From: an uncultured Burkholderiales bacterium
GTDB taxonomy: Bacteria > Pseudomonadota > Gammaproteobacteria > Burkholderiales > Eutrophovitaceae
Reading direction: 5' to 3'
Assembly (NCBI GenBank): GCA_951812315.1
Contig: CATOSA010000006.1
Span: forward strand, 91-64,090
DNA: 64,000 bases
This document shows positions 43,022 to 53,700 of the stretch, in pieces; position 1 is the stretch's first letter; every line of letters starts with the position of its first letter. The notes under the pieces are model-generated. The model was not told the origin of the DNA. It did not search any database and saw only the letters and a program-made list of their open reading frames with translations. Position numbers and translations under genes: made by a program.

Positions 43022-44108
43022 TCTGCTGTTCGCGCGCCTGGGCCGGCACCTCGATCTTCAGCTGCTGGGTATCGTCAGCATTCTGCTGGTAATTGGTTTG
43101 ATCACGCTGTTCAGTGCATCAGGTGGAAGCACCGAACGGATCTTTGCGCAACTCGGGAACATTGCGGTCGCACTGACGATCATGTGGATTGCGGCGAATG
43201 TGCCGCTTAATTATCTCAGCAGCGTCGCGTTGCCTCTGTACTTGGCAGGATTGCTGTTGTTGGTCGCGGTTGACCTCGTCGGGCTCGAAGTGAACGGCGC
43301 GCAGCGTTGGCTCAACCTGGGCTTCACGCGCATTCAGCCGTCGGAATTGATGAAGATCGGCGTGCCAATGATGCTTGCCTGGTATTTCGACAGGTATGAG
43401 TCCGTCTTGCGCATCCGGAATTTCGTAATTGCAACAATCCTGGTCGTCATTCCGGTCATCCTGGTTGCCAATCAGCCCGATCTGGGTACCGCCCTGCTGG
43501 TGGCCGCCGCTGGATTCTGTGTGCTGTTTCTTGCAGGCATGTCGCTCAAGTTGCTGGTCGGCACGGCACTGGTCGGCGCCGCGAGCCTGCCGTTTCTCTG
43601 GTCGTCACTGCGTGAATACCAGCAGCAACGTGTGCTGACCCTGCTCGATCCGATGCAGGATCCATTGGGTGCCGGCTATCATACGATTCAGTCGACGATC
43701 GCCATGGGATCTGGCGGCCTGTTTGGCAAAGGCTGGTTGAACGGCACACAATCGCGACTGGAATTTTTACCGGAACGGTCCACAGATTTCATATTTGCAG
43801 TGTTTGGCGAAGAGTTCGGACTGCTGGGTAATCTCGTGCTAATCGTCTTGTTCATGCTGTTGATTGGTCGCGGCCTGATCATTGCGGCGGATGCGCCGAC
43901 CATGTTTGCGCGTTTGCTTGCTGGCGGCGTCACCCTGACTTTCTTTACCTACGTCACGGTTAACATGGGAATGGTCGGTGGCTTGCTGCCGGTCGTCGGT
44001 GTTCCACTGCCACTCATTTCGTACGGCGGCACCTCGCTGGTGACGCTAATGTTTGGTATTGGCCTGCTGATGAGTATTTGTACAAACCGGCGGCTTGTAC
44101 GGACGTGA
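43014..44108 (+). CDS. rodA: SEDS-family peptidoglycan glycosyltransferase RodA
   Basis: 364-aa polytopic protein directly after mrdA. Confidence 0.9.
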   Translation: MINLLFARLGRHLDLQLLGIVSILLVIGLITLFSASGGSTERIFAQLGNIAVALTIMWIAANVPLNYLSSVALPLYLAGLLLLVAVDLVGLEVNGAQRWLNLGFTRIQPSELMKIGVPMMLAWYFDRYESVLRIRNFVIATILVVIPVILVANQPDLGTALLVAAAGFCVLFLAGMSLKLLVGTALVGAASLPFLWSSLREYQQQRVLTLLDPMQDPLGAGYHTIQSTIAMGSGGLFGKGWLNGTQSRLEFLPERSTDFIFAVFGEEFGLLGNLVLIVLFMLLIGRGLIIAADAPTMFARLLAGGVTLTFFTYVTVNMGMVGGLLPVVGVPLPLISYGGTSLVTLMFGIGLLMSICTNRRLVRT

Positions 44109-44965
44109 TTGCCAGATTGTTTGCACCGGTAAGACCGTACCTGGCGGCGCTGACGACTGTGTTGGTATTGGCAGGGTGCTCGAGTGCGCCGACGAAATCG
44201 GGCGGAGGCTACTATCTTGATGACGGGCCGGGCGCGAATCCGCCGGCCGACATAGCCGAAATACCCGATGCTGTACCTCGCGCCGAACCTATCAACCGTG
44301 CGACGACGCGGCCTTACACGGTACTCGGGAGAAGCTACCGGCCCTATACGAAGCACGAGGCGTATCGCGTGCGTGGCCTGGCAAGTTGGTACGGCAAGCG
44401 CTACCACGGCAACCAAACGGCAAATGGCGAGATATACGACATGTACGCGATGACTGCGGCGCATACGCTTTTGCCATTGCCAAGCTATGCAAGAGTGACC
44501 AATCTCAGCAATGGCCGCACGGTAATTGTGCGCGTAAACGATCGCGGACCGTTCCACGACGAACGCGTTATTGATCTGTCCTATGCCGCCGCATACAGAC
44601 TCGGCTTCGTCGATGAGGGAAGCACGATGGTCGAGGTTGAGGCGATAATCGCCGGCGATATTGCAAAGCCGGGGGCGCCGGTTGTCGCCATTACCGAGCC
44701 CCCGCCCAGAGCTGGCCCGCTGACATCCGGCGAAAGCGGTATCTTTTTGCAGTTGGGCGCATTCTCGGAACGTGACAACGCCCAGGTCTTTGTTCGCAAG
44801 ATGCGATCAGACGTTGTCTGGCTTGGAGATTTCATTCACGTGTATCAAAGCGCAAATTTGTACAAGGTGCACGCAGGGCCTTACCAGGATCGCATTGCAG
44901 CCGAGCGCGATGCGGCGCGTGTATACCGGGAGCTGGGTCTTGCGCCAATCATTCTGAACAGATGA
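44105..44965 (+). CDS. rlpA: Septal-ring lytic transglycosylase RlpA (DPBB + SPOR)
   Basis: Lipobox LAGC, DPBB motif SWYG..HG..TANGE.YD and a C-terminal SPOR domain. I prefer GTG 44105, which overlaps the rodA stop. Confidence 0.85.
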   Translation: MIARLFAPVRPYLAALTTVLVLAGCSSAPTKSGGGYYLDDGPGANPPADIAEIPDAVPRAEPINRATTRPYTVLGRSYRPYTKHEAYRVRGLASWYGKRYHGNQTANGEIYDMYAMTAAHTLLPLPSYARVTNLSNGRTVIVRVNDRGPFHDERVIDLSYAAAYRLGFVDEGSTMVEVEAIIAGDIAKPGAPVVAITEPPPRAGPLTSGESGIFLQLGAFSERDNAQVFVRKMRSDVVWLGDFIHVYQSANLYKVHAGPYQDRIAAERDAARVYRELGLAPIILNR

Positions 44966-45018
44966 CACGACGCTAGACTTTCGACATAACACTCACTAAC
45001 AGAAAGACGGTAATCAAC

Positions 45019-45954
45019 ATGAGAACGCTGATTTGTGGATCAATTGCTTACGACACCATCATGGTGTTCGGTGACCGGTTCAAAAACCACATCCTTCCGG
45101 ACCAGATCCACATTCTGAATGTTGCGTTTCTGGTGCCTGAAATACGCCGGGAATTTGGCGGATGCGCGGGCAATATTGCGTACACGATGAAATTGCTGGG
45201 AGACGATCCTCTCATCATGGCGACGGTCGGTGAGGACTATCAACCATACGCGCATCGACTCGACAAATTGCGTGTGTCGCAGCAACACATCCGCGAGGTA
45301 AAGGATAGCTACACGGCGCAGGCTTTTATTACGACCGATCTCGACGACAATCAGATCACCGCATTTCATCCAGGGGCGATGAGTTTCTCGCATGAGAACC
45401 ATGTCGCCGACGCGAGCGAGGTCGGACTGGGCATAGTCGCCCCGGACGGTCGCGACGGCATGCTGCAACACGCGCGCGAATTTGCTGAAGCGGGAATCCC
45501 GTTCGTGTTCGACCCGGGGCAGGGTCTGCCGATGTTCAATGGCGAAGAATTGATGAACTTCGTGGATTTGGCGGATTATGTTGCTGCCAATGACTACGAA
45601 GCCAAGCTTCTGCAGGAGCGAACCGGAAAAAGTTTGACCGAGCTGGCGCGCTCGGTGAAAGCATTGATCGTGACGCAAGGTGCAAAAGGATCGTCAATCT
45701 ATGCCGATGGCAAACAAGTTGACATTCCGGCGGTGTCACCGGCGAATATCGTCGATCCGACCGGATGTGGAGACGCCTATCGCGCCGGCTTGTTACACGG
45801 GATTTCAAATGACTTTGACTGGGAGATGACCGGCCGTCTCGCCTCGTTGCTCGGTTCAATCAAGATTGCGCAGCGTGGACCGCAGAATCACGAGCTGACG
45901 CGCGAATCGGTTGCCGATCGTTTTCGCGAAGCCTTTGGAACTGCCTTGTGGTGA
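45019..45954 (+). CDS. PfkB-family carbohydrate/nucleoside kinase
   Basis: 311 aa with the PfkB signature DPTGCGDAYRAG. Confidence 0.75.
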   Translation: MRTLICGSIAYDTIMVFGDRFKNHILPDQIHILNVAFLVPEIRREFGGCAGNIAYTMKLLGDDPLIMATVGEDYQPYAHRLDKLRVSQQHIREVKDSYTAQAFITTDLDDNQITAFHPGAMSFSHENHVADASEVGLGIVAPDGRDGMLQHAREFAEAGIPFVFDPGQGLPMFNGEELMNFVDLADYVAANDYEAKLLQERTGKSLTELARSVKALIVTQGAKGSSIYADGKQVDIPAVSPANIVDPTGCGDAYRAGLLHGISNDFDWEMTGRLASLLGSIKIAQRGPQNHELTRESVADRFREAFGTALW

Positions 45955-46094
45955 CCGACCGCCATCGCGGGATAACAAATTATTACTGAAAGCGAACAGG
46001 TACAAGCTGCCCTCGCGACACAATGCACCTAAATCTTGCGATCAAATTGCCTTATTTCGCGAACCAGTCGTATACGCGACCGTCTTCGTGACTT

Positions 46095-46865
46095 ATGCAG
46101 GTTAAGGCGACAACGTCGTTTCCGGCGCGATGCTTTCGCTACATTCGATTGGTCGTTCAGGTGCTGTCCGGGCTGTTGACCGTCGCGTTGCTGTTTCCGT
46201 TCTACGGGCGCGAGCGGCGTTGGCAGGCGGTGCAACGCTGGTCACATGGCATCGTTTCCATTGCCGGAATCGAAGTTGAAGTTGTCGGCGACTTACCCGG
46301 ACCCGACGCGCGCGTTCTTGGCGTCGTCAATCATGTTTCGTGGCTTGATATTCAGGTACTGCATTCATTGTGGGCCGTACGCTTCGTTGCAAAGTCTGAA
46401 GTCCGCAAATGGCCGGCGATCGGCTGGTTATCGGCACGCACCGGCACCTTGTTCATAGATCGCTCAACCAGGCGGCGGTCGACACGAATTAACCAGTCGA
46501 TTCACCAGGCATTTGACGATGGCGATGCGGTTGCGGTTTTTCCTGAAGGCACGACCACCAGTGGTGACGAACTGCTGCGATTTCACCCGTCACTTCTGCA
46601 ACCTGCGATCGAAGAGGGTGCGGCGCTTTGTCCGGTGGCGATTCGTTACCTGGACACGCATGGTGAAATTGAACGCGCCGTTGCATATGTCGGCGAAATG
46701 AGCCTCATGGAATCGATCGCAGCGATTGTAAGAGTGCCGCGGATTCGGGCCGTCGTGCATTTTCTGCCGTTCATTGACAGCAAGGACAAAAAAAGGCGTG
46801 AGCTCGCATCAATGGCCCATGCGAGTATTGCGGCCGCACTTAAACTGCCGCCTGCGGACAGTTGA
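46095..46865 (+). CDS. Lysophospholipid (1-acyl-sn-glycerol-3-phosphate) acyltransferase family protein
   Basis: HX4D motif NHVSWLD and FPEGTTT. Confidence 0.75.
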   Translation: MQVKATTSFPARCFRYIRLVVQVLSGLLTVALLFPFYGRERRWQAVQRWSHGIVSIAGIEVEVVGDLPGPDARVLGVVNHVSWLDIQVLHSLWAVRFVAKSEVRKWPAIGWLSARTGTLFIDRSTRRRSTRINQSIHQAFDDGDAVAVFPEGTTTSGDELLRFHPSLLQPAIEEGAALCPVAIRYLDTHGEIERAVAYVGEMSLMESIAAIVRVPRIRAVVHFLPFIDSKDKKRRELASMAHASIAAALKLPPADS

Positions 46866-47649
46866 TCTGAAAAACGCGCCGGTCTTCCAGGCGCACTGCG
46901 CACAGCTTGCGGCCCCACAGACAACCGCCATCGATGGCGAGTAATGATTCAGAAATTCTGATTCCAAGTGACGACCAGTGCCCGAATACGATTGCCGTAT
47001 TTGCGCTTTGACGACCGGGCACGTCGAACCATGGCATGTATCCGTCTGGCCAGTTTGTCGCGCCTTTGCTGCGAAACTCCATGCGACCATCGCGTGTGCA
47101 GATACGCAAGCGTGTCAACGCGTTGATGATGACGCGCAGCCGGTCCCAGCCTTCGAGACCGTCTTCCCAATGGTCAGGCTGGTTACCATACATGTGCTGC
47201 GTGAATTCCCCGTGCCGGGGACTTTGTAATACCTCTTCTACCTCGGCTGCCAGATGCACCGCGCGTTCGACATCCCATTGCGGCAACAGGCCAGCATGCA
47301 CCATTGCATAGTCATCCTCCAAATGGAACAACTTGCGCGAGCGCAGCCACGCCAGCAGTGGCTCGCGATCCGGGGCGGATAAAACGTCATCCAGCGTATC
47401 GCTTCGATGAAGTCGGCCGGAACCGCCGGCGGTGATCAACAGATGTAAGTCGTGATTGCCCAGAACCGTAATGGCCGAATCACCGAGATCACGGACAAAG
47501 CGCAGCGTATTGAGAGACTCGGGGCCGCGATTTACCAAATCACCGACGAGCCACAAACGATCGCGCTGAGAATTGAAACCAACGAGATCCAGAATCTCGT
47601 GCAATGATTGCAGGCAACCTTGAACATCGCCGACAGCGTATGTTGCCAT
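46840..47649 (-). CDS. apaH: Bis(5'-nucleosyl)-tetraphosphatase, symmetrical (ApaH)
   Basis: 269 aa with the metallophosphatase motifs GDVQGC, GDLVNRGP and GNHD. Confidence 0.9.
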   Translation of the reverse strand: MATYAVGDVQGCLQSLHEILDLVGFNSQRDRLWLVGDLVNRGPESLNTLRFVRDLGDSAITVLGNHDLHLLITAGGSGRLHRSDTLDDVLSAPDREPLLAWLRSRKLFHLEDDYAMVHAGLLPQWDVERAVHLAAEVEEVLQSPRHGEFTQHMYGNQPDHWEDGLEGWDRLRVIINALTRLRICTRDGRMEFRSKGATNWPDGYMPWFDVPGRQSANTAIVFGHWSSLGIRISESLLAIDGGCLWGRKLCAVRLEDRRVFQINCPQAAV

Positions 47650-47755
47650 CTTCTATTCCGGGTTCCCGGTTTCGTTGGGGTCAGGCTTCACGCGGTCCAT
47701 CTTGAAATGGCCAGAGTCGAAACGATCGCGCACGAATCCTTCAAGTTCGAAATCT

Positions 47756-48445
47756 TCAGATGCTGGCGGGCCGCCCTCTGGGCAGCGGCGCTGCCCGCCT
47801 TCTCGCCAGGGCTTCTATTTTTGCTTTGAATCGATCATCGCCCAGCGCCCAGGCCTTGTTCGTTGCTTCTCGAATGGCGGCAATATCGGCCTCCGCAATT
47901 CTTGACCGGAACAACTGGCGATAAACCTTTTGCCGTTCCCGGTCCGATTCTCCCAGACGGCGATAGATGCGGTGCGGTGTAAGCAGCGTGTCGCGGCCAC
48001 TTTGCGCGTTGCCCACGTAGCTCGACCATGGGTAATCGGCTGGACGTTTTACCTTGTTCAATGCGCGCACCGGGTTTAATTCGATGTATTGCATACAGGT
48101 CAACAGGTACGTCTTCGCGTCGACAACCGTTGAACGATAACGCCCGCCCCACAATGCGCCGCCGCGCTGATAGTTGTCTCTGAAATACTGCGCATAACGC
48201 CTTCCCAGCGACTGCATCGTCCTGGGCGCGCTTGCTTCATTCGCCGGAGTTGCCAGCAAATGAACATGTGTTGGCATGACCACATAAGCGTGAATCGCCA
48301 GGCCGTTTTCGGCGCTGGTGCGCTCGAGGCAATCCAGAAAGAACAAATAGTCGGGTTCGCTGCGGAACACCGTGGCGCGATCGCTGCTACGCTGGATAAT
48401 GTGTAGCGGGACGCCCTTGGCGGAGTAACGGGGTAATCGGGCCAT
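47756..48445 (-). CDS. REP-associated tyrosine transposase (RAYT, IS200/IS605-like Y1 HUH transposase)
   Basis: 229 aa with the HUH motif PTHVHLL, the N-terminal PLHIIQRS-type region and a conserved Tyr region (YIELNPVRA). Confidence 0.8.
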   Translation of the reverse strand: MARLPRYSAKGVPLHIIQRSSDRATVFRSEPDYLFFLDCLERTSAENGLAIHAYVVMPTHVHLLATPANEASAPRTMQSLGRRYAQYFRDNYQRGGALWGGRYRSTVVDAKTYLLTCMQYIELNPVRALNKVKRPADYPWSSYVGNAQSGRDTLLTPHRIYRRLGESDRERQKVYRQLFRSRIAEADIAAIREATNKAWALGDDRFKAKIEALARRRAAPLPRGRPASI

Positions 48446-48677
48446 AAGGTGATGTCAAAGGGGTGGCGAATTCAGAATCGGCGAGATTCTAACAGACAAT
48501 CCGAGTCTGACCCTCATGACATCAACCTGACTTGCATGTTTCGCCAGCAAACGATCGAGATTTGGATTCGTGTGATTTTCACGAAGCCGGCGTGCACTGC
48601 GCTCAATAAACACAATGCGCAGAAGCCGGCGCAAGTGAAGGCGTCGGCATGCAAAGCCCGACTTACTGCCGGTACGT

Positions 48678-49226
48678 CTATCTCGACTTGCTGACCATAA
48701 TGTCAACCGCGGCCCTGATATCGTCATCCGACGTACTCATTGCGCCGCCTTTTGGCGGCATGGTGCCCTTGCCATTGATCGCGTTTGCATAAAGCGCGTC
48801 GATTCCCTGGGCGATGCGCGCTTCCCAGACCGCTTTGTCTCCGACTTTCGGCGCGTCGGCTATCCCCGGGCCATGGCACACCGCGCACGAGGTGTTGTAG
48901 ACCTGGTCGCCGACGTTGGCCGCCGCGGTCTCACCGGACGGTTCCCCTTTGCCTGCTATCGTTGCTTGAGGCGTTGATTCAGCGGCGCCAGCGCTCTGGT
49001 CGCTGCCGGGAGCTTCGGGCGTACTGTCTTCGCCGGCAGCGGAGAGAACGCTGACTTGCCCCACCGGCTTCAGTCTTTCGGCGATCGCATCTTCACTCAT
49101 CGCCGGGCTGTCAGGATCTACATTCAAGCCGCCGCCTATGAGTTTCACAATCAGAAAAATTGCCGCAAGCGAAACGATGATAAATAGCAACACCGTCCTT
49201 ACCAGCCCTTTCTGGGTCTTTATCAA
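48678..49226 (-). CDS. Membrane-anchored cytochrome c5-family protein
   Basis: N-terminal TM anchor, an Ala/Glu/Ser/Pro-rich linker and a C-terminal class I haem domain with CAVCH. Confidence 0.75.
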   Translation of the reverse strand: MIKTQKGLVRTVLLFIIVSLAAIFLIVKLIGGGLNVDPDSPAMSEDAIAERLKPVGQVSVLSAAGEDSTPEAPGSDQSAGAAESTPQATIAGKGEPSGETAAANVGDQVYNTSCAVCHGPGIADAPKVGDKAVWEARIAQGIDALYANAINGKGTMPPKGGAMSTSDDDIRAAVDIMVSKSR

Positions 49227-49377
49227 GAGAAATACTCCTCGATATGCAAATCCACCATGAATCGATCCCTGGAAATAAACAGAAATTTGCGAAGGGGCGG
49301 AATTATAGGTGAAATCCGCGTCGCGAAAAAGCTAAACGTAGACCAAACAAGTGTTTACAGCTATCCTATGCTCCCTC

Positions 49378-49454
49378 GCGCCTGTAGCTCAGATGGATAG
49401 AGTGTCGGTCTCCGAAGCCGAAGGTCGTGGGTTCGACTCCCGCCGGGCGCGCCA
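49378..49454 (+). tRNA. tRNA-Arg (anticodon CCG)
   Basis: The cloverleaf was folded by hand. It has a 7-bp acceptor stem (one G-U), anticodon loop CTCCGAA, T-loop TTCGACT and an encoded CCA. Confidence 0.9.
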
Positions 49455-49465
49455 CGCTTCAAGGT

Positions 49466-49504
49466 CAAGGGCTTGCGAAACGGCGAGCCCTTGTTGTTTC
49501 TTTG
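49466..49504 (+). terminator. Rho-independent terminator after tRNA-Arg
   Basis: Stem CAAGGGCT.../...AGCCCTTG followed by TTGTTTCTTTG. Confidence 0.7.
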
Positions 49505-49618
49505 CCGCAATTCGGTCGTGTCGCGAGCCCGCCGTGTATCTAGTGCCGGCATCACGCGGTATTCGAATGCCGGCAGTGCTTCATTGCCGATAAGTCAGTT
49601 AACGAAGGACTAAAACAA

Positions 49619-50011
49619 ATGGCATTAACGGTTTATCTGTCGGGTGAGATTCACACCGATTGGAGAGAGCAGATCATGGAAGGCGCCGCCAGAAATGGTC
49701 TCGACATTGAGTTCGTGGCGCCGGTAACCGATCATGCTGCCAGTGATGCAGCCGGCGATCATCTCGGCGCAGAGTCGGACGGCTTCTGGCGAGATCACAA
49801 ATCTTCAAAAGTCAACGCGATTCGTACCAAGACGCTGATACAAAATAGCGATGTCGTAGTGGTTCGCTTTGGAGACAAGTACAAACAGTGGAACGCGGCG
49901 TTCGATGCTGGCTACTGTGCTGCAATGTCGAAGCCTTACATTACGTTACACGCAAAAGACATTATCCATCCGCTGAAGGAAGTCGACGCGATGGCGCTGG
50001 CGCGGGCATAG
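49619..50011 (+). CDS. YtoQ-family protein
   Basis: 130 aa with N-terminal VYLSGEIHTDWR, recalled as characteristic of the YtoQ family. Confidence 0.55.
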   Translation: MALTVYLSGEIHTDWREQIMEGAARNGLDIEFVAPVTDHAASDAAGDHLGAESDGFWRDHKSSKVNAIRTKTLIQNSDVVVVRFGDKYKQWNAAFDAGYCAAMSKPYITLHAKDIIHPLKEVDAMALARA

Positions 50012-50295
50012 ACGACCGATCAAGTTGTCGACATACTCAAGCACGTTGAAAGAAGTTAAGGTAATAATCGACGAACTTAGGCGCAATTGGTGGCGATTAC
50101 TGGTTTCACTTCTTGTTGAACATTCGCCCGCGGTTTAATCCGCGCAGCGCGAAAGCGAACATTGTTGGGAATTCGAACATTTACATGTGCGCAGGTCCGT
50201 GGTTGTTCCGGAGCAAAAAGTAGCTCGCCAACAGCGATGGCCTTCGTTCACGGGGGCCAAACAGCAGGTGTGGTTGTGATGTTCCCTTCTGCCAG

Positions 50296-50694
50296 TTGAC
50301 CGAGCCCGTCAGCCTTGGCGCGCTTTTCATCAGCAGTTTTCTTGCCGCGACATTGCTACCGGGTGGATCCGAAGTCGTGTTCAGTGCATTGCTCCTGTCC
50401 GGAACGGTCGGAGCCGGATCAGCGATCGCGGTTGCAACAATCGGTAATAGTCTGGGCGGGCTGTCGTCTTACCTACTGGGACGGTTGCTGCCGGATCGAG
50501 CCACCGATGCCAGATCAGTTAAATGGTTGCGTCGATGGGGTTCACCGGCACTACTACTGTCCTGGGCGCCGTTTGTCGGAGACGCTTTATGCGTCGCCGC
50601 AGGCTGGATGCGTGTCGGGCCTGCGCAAGCTGCGATATTCATCACGGCCGGAAAGCTGGTCCGCTACTGGGTCCTGGCGGAAATTCTGATGTGA
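50296..50694 (+). CDS. yqaA: YqaA-family (DedA/SNARE-associated-like) membrane protein
   Basis: 132 aa. FISSFLAATLLPGGSEVVFSALL closely parallels E. coli YqaA FASSFLSATLLPGNSEVVLVAML. TTG start. Confidence 0.7.
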   Translation: MTEPVSLGALFISSFLAATLLPGGSEVVFSALLLSGTVGAGSAIAVATIGNSLGGLSSYLLGRLLPDRATDARSVKWLRRWGSPALLLSWAPFVGDALCVAAGWMRVGPAQAAIFITAGKLVRYWVLAEILM

Positions 50695-50786
50695 TTATGT
50701 TGCAGTGCGATAAAATTGCCGAGTCGGTATCCGGGCAGGCCGCAACCAGAAGATTGTAACGACATGAAATTAAAGGGATTAGTTTA

Positions 50787-53700
50787 ATGGAGCCATATCC
50801 GCAATTCGCATCCGCTGGCGTGCGGCTACGCGAAATCCCGTATAACTACACGTCGTTTTCTGATCGTGAGATCGTAATCCGGCTACTTGGCCAACCAGCC
50901 TGGGAATTGCTGGATGCGCTTCGCTCTGAGCGTGTTACAGGTCGCTCAGCGCGCATGTTGTATGAAGTACTTGGCGACGTCTGGGTCGTTGAACGAAATC
51001 CCTATCTTCAGGATGATCTGATTGCAAACCCGCGACGCCGCAGGCTTCTGGTCGAGGCGATGCGACACCGGATACGGGAGATCGAAGGCCGCCGTCTTAA
51101 CCGCGACGAGCGGGTCCTGAAACTCGTAACGGCCGCTTCGGCAGCAATTGACGAATTCAATCTAAGTTTCGGTACGGTTGCTACGCTGCGTCGCAGTGCT
51201 GTTCGTCGATTCTCGAAGGTGACGCGGCGCGACAACATTGCGTTTGACGGCCTGGCGCGTGTTTCTCATGTGACCGACGCGACTGATTGGCGCGTCGAGT
51301 ATCCCTTTGTTGTCCTTTATCCGGACACGGAGGAAGAAGTCGCCGGTCTGGTCAGGGCATGTATCGACCTGGGCCTGACGATCATTCCGCGAGGCGGAGG
51401 TACTGGTTATACCGGCGGTGCCATTCCGCTAACGCGAATGTCGGCGGTCATCAATACCGAAAAACTGGACACGCTTGGACCGGTTGAGCGCCTGCGGCTG
51501 CCTGAACTCGATAGCGAAGTTGCCACTGTTGATTGCGGCGCGGGCGTAGTTACCCGGCGCGTTATGGAAGTGGCGGACGCGAGCGGGCTCGTATTTGCTG
51601 TCGACCCCACTTCAGCCGTCGTGTATCGGTGGCAACGTTGCGATGAATGCCGGAGGAAAGAAGGCGGTGTTGTGGGGCACCGCGGTGGACAATCTGGCGT
51701 CATGGAGGATGGTGACTCCGGATGGGAACTGGTTGTTGGTCGAGCGCTGTGGTCACAATCTGGGAAAGATTCACGATGCCGGCGTGGCGCGTTTTCGCCT
51801 GAGTCGTTATGCAACGGATGGCAAGCGGCTTTTGTCCGAGCCCGAGTTGCTTGAAATTCCCGGCCGCCAGTTTCGCAAGCAAGGGCTCGGCAAGGACGTA
51901 ACTGACAAGTTCCTCGGGGGATTGCCCGGCGTACAGAAAGAGGGCTGCGACGGAATCATCACGTCAGCCCGATTCATATTGCATCGCATGCCTGCCTGCA
52001 CACGCACCGTTTGCCTGGAGTTCTACGGAACCGTCGCCGAGGCGGTGCCGTCGATTGTGGAGATCAGGGAATTTCTGGATCGCAGCAACGGCGACGCGAT
52101 ACTCGCCGGACTCGAGCATCTTGACGACCGTTACCTGCGCGCGGTCGGATATGCTGCTAAAGCGAGGCGCGATGGCCAGCCGAAGATGGTATTGCTCGCT
52201 GACATTGTCGGAAGCAACGACGATACCGTTGGAGCGGCGGCCTCGGAAGTGGTTCGCATTGCCAATGCGCGCGACGGGGAGGGCTTCATCGCCGTGAGCC
52301 CTGACGCCCGCCGGAAATTCTGGCTGGATCGGGCACGAACGGCGGCAATCGCCCGACATACCAATGCGTTCAAAATCAACGAAGATGTTGTTATTCCGTT
52401 GGAACGTCTCGGCGATTATTCCGATGGAATCGAGCGCATCAACATTGAGCTGTCCCTGAAGAACAAGCTCGCTGTTCTCGATGCTGTCAGCGATGTGCTG
52501 GCCATTGAAGGGGAGAACAATTCCGAAGACGATGACGGCGCCGCCATGGAACTGTTTGCAGACCGGCGCGACACAGCTCTGGAAATTGTCGGTCATTGCC
52601 GCCAGCGCTGGCAATGGCTGGCCGACAATCTGGATGCTTCTTTGGCCGACTACGGCGTCTGGCTGAAAGAGGCAGACCTGCAGGCGAATGTGCCGCAAAT
52701 AGCCGAAGGCAACTCCGGCGATTCGGTTTTCCGAAGTTTTCAGAATTACGCACTGCGTGTGTCCTGGAAATCTGAGTTGCGTGAGCCGCTGATGGGTTTG
52801 TTTGATGGCCGGGCGTTTGACCGGATGCGCGCGCAAATCGATGCAGCGCACAAGCGCGTCCTGAAAAGCCGCTTGTTTGTAGCCCTGCACATGCACGCCG
52901 GTGACGGTAATGTGCATACCAACATCCCGGTCAACTCCGACGACTATGCGATGTTGCAGCAGGCCAATCATGTCGTGTCGCGTGTCATGCGGCTGGCACG
53001 GTCGCTCGACGGCGTTATATCCGGCGAGCATGGAATCGGCATTACAAAGTTTGATTACCTCGATGATGGCGCGCTCGAGGAATTTGCAAAGTACAAAGAG
53101 CGCGTGGACCCGCAAGGGCGCTTCAACAAGGGCAAACTACTGCCCGGCGCGAATCTCGAGCGTGCGTATACGCCCAGCTTCAGCTTGCTTGAACTGGAAA
53201 GTCTGATACTCGAACAAAGTGAGATCGGAAAAATTTCTGATTCGATCAAGGACTGCCTGCGCTGCGGCAAGTGCAAGCCGGTGTGCGCAACGCACGTCCC
53301 GCGTGCGAATCTGCTTTACAGCCCGCGCAACAAGATTCTTTCCACGTCTTTGCTTGTGGAAGCGTTTCTGTATGAAGAACAGACGCGCCGCGGCGTGTCC
53401 CTGAAACACTTCGACGAATTCGGTGACGTCGCGGATCATTGCACGATGTGCCACAAGTGCCTGAACCCGTGTCCGGTTGATATTGACTTTGGTGACGTCT
53501 CGATCGCCATGCGCAATTTCTTGCGCAAGCATGGCAAGGCCAAGTTCAATCCAGGAACATTCTCGGCGATGCTTTTTCTGAATATCACCGACCCCGCTGC
53601 CATCAAGCTGGCGCGCACGTTCATGATTGAGCTCGGATACAAGTTGCAGCGCGCAGCGTATCGCGGTGCAAGATCAATTGGCTTACTCAAGAAACAGACC

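Noticed and set aside
49270-49285. CTGGAAATAA in the cytochrome c5 upstream region, matching the core of the gatB 17-bp unit.
   Set aside because: It is a single 10-mer match. The expected chance occurrence in 128 kb of two-strand sequence is roughly 0.1, and there is no repeat context, so I treat it as coincidence.
50012-50295. 284-bp ORF-free gap after the YtoQ gene, considered as a possible sRNA or island scar next to tRNA-Arg.
   Set aside because: There is no promoter/terminator pair, strong structure, integrase or direct repeat of the tRNA 3' end. Only scattered GAACATT repeats of irregular spacing are present.
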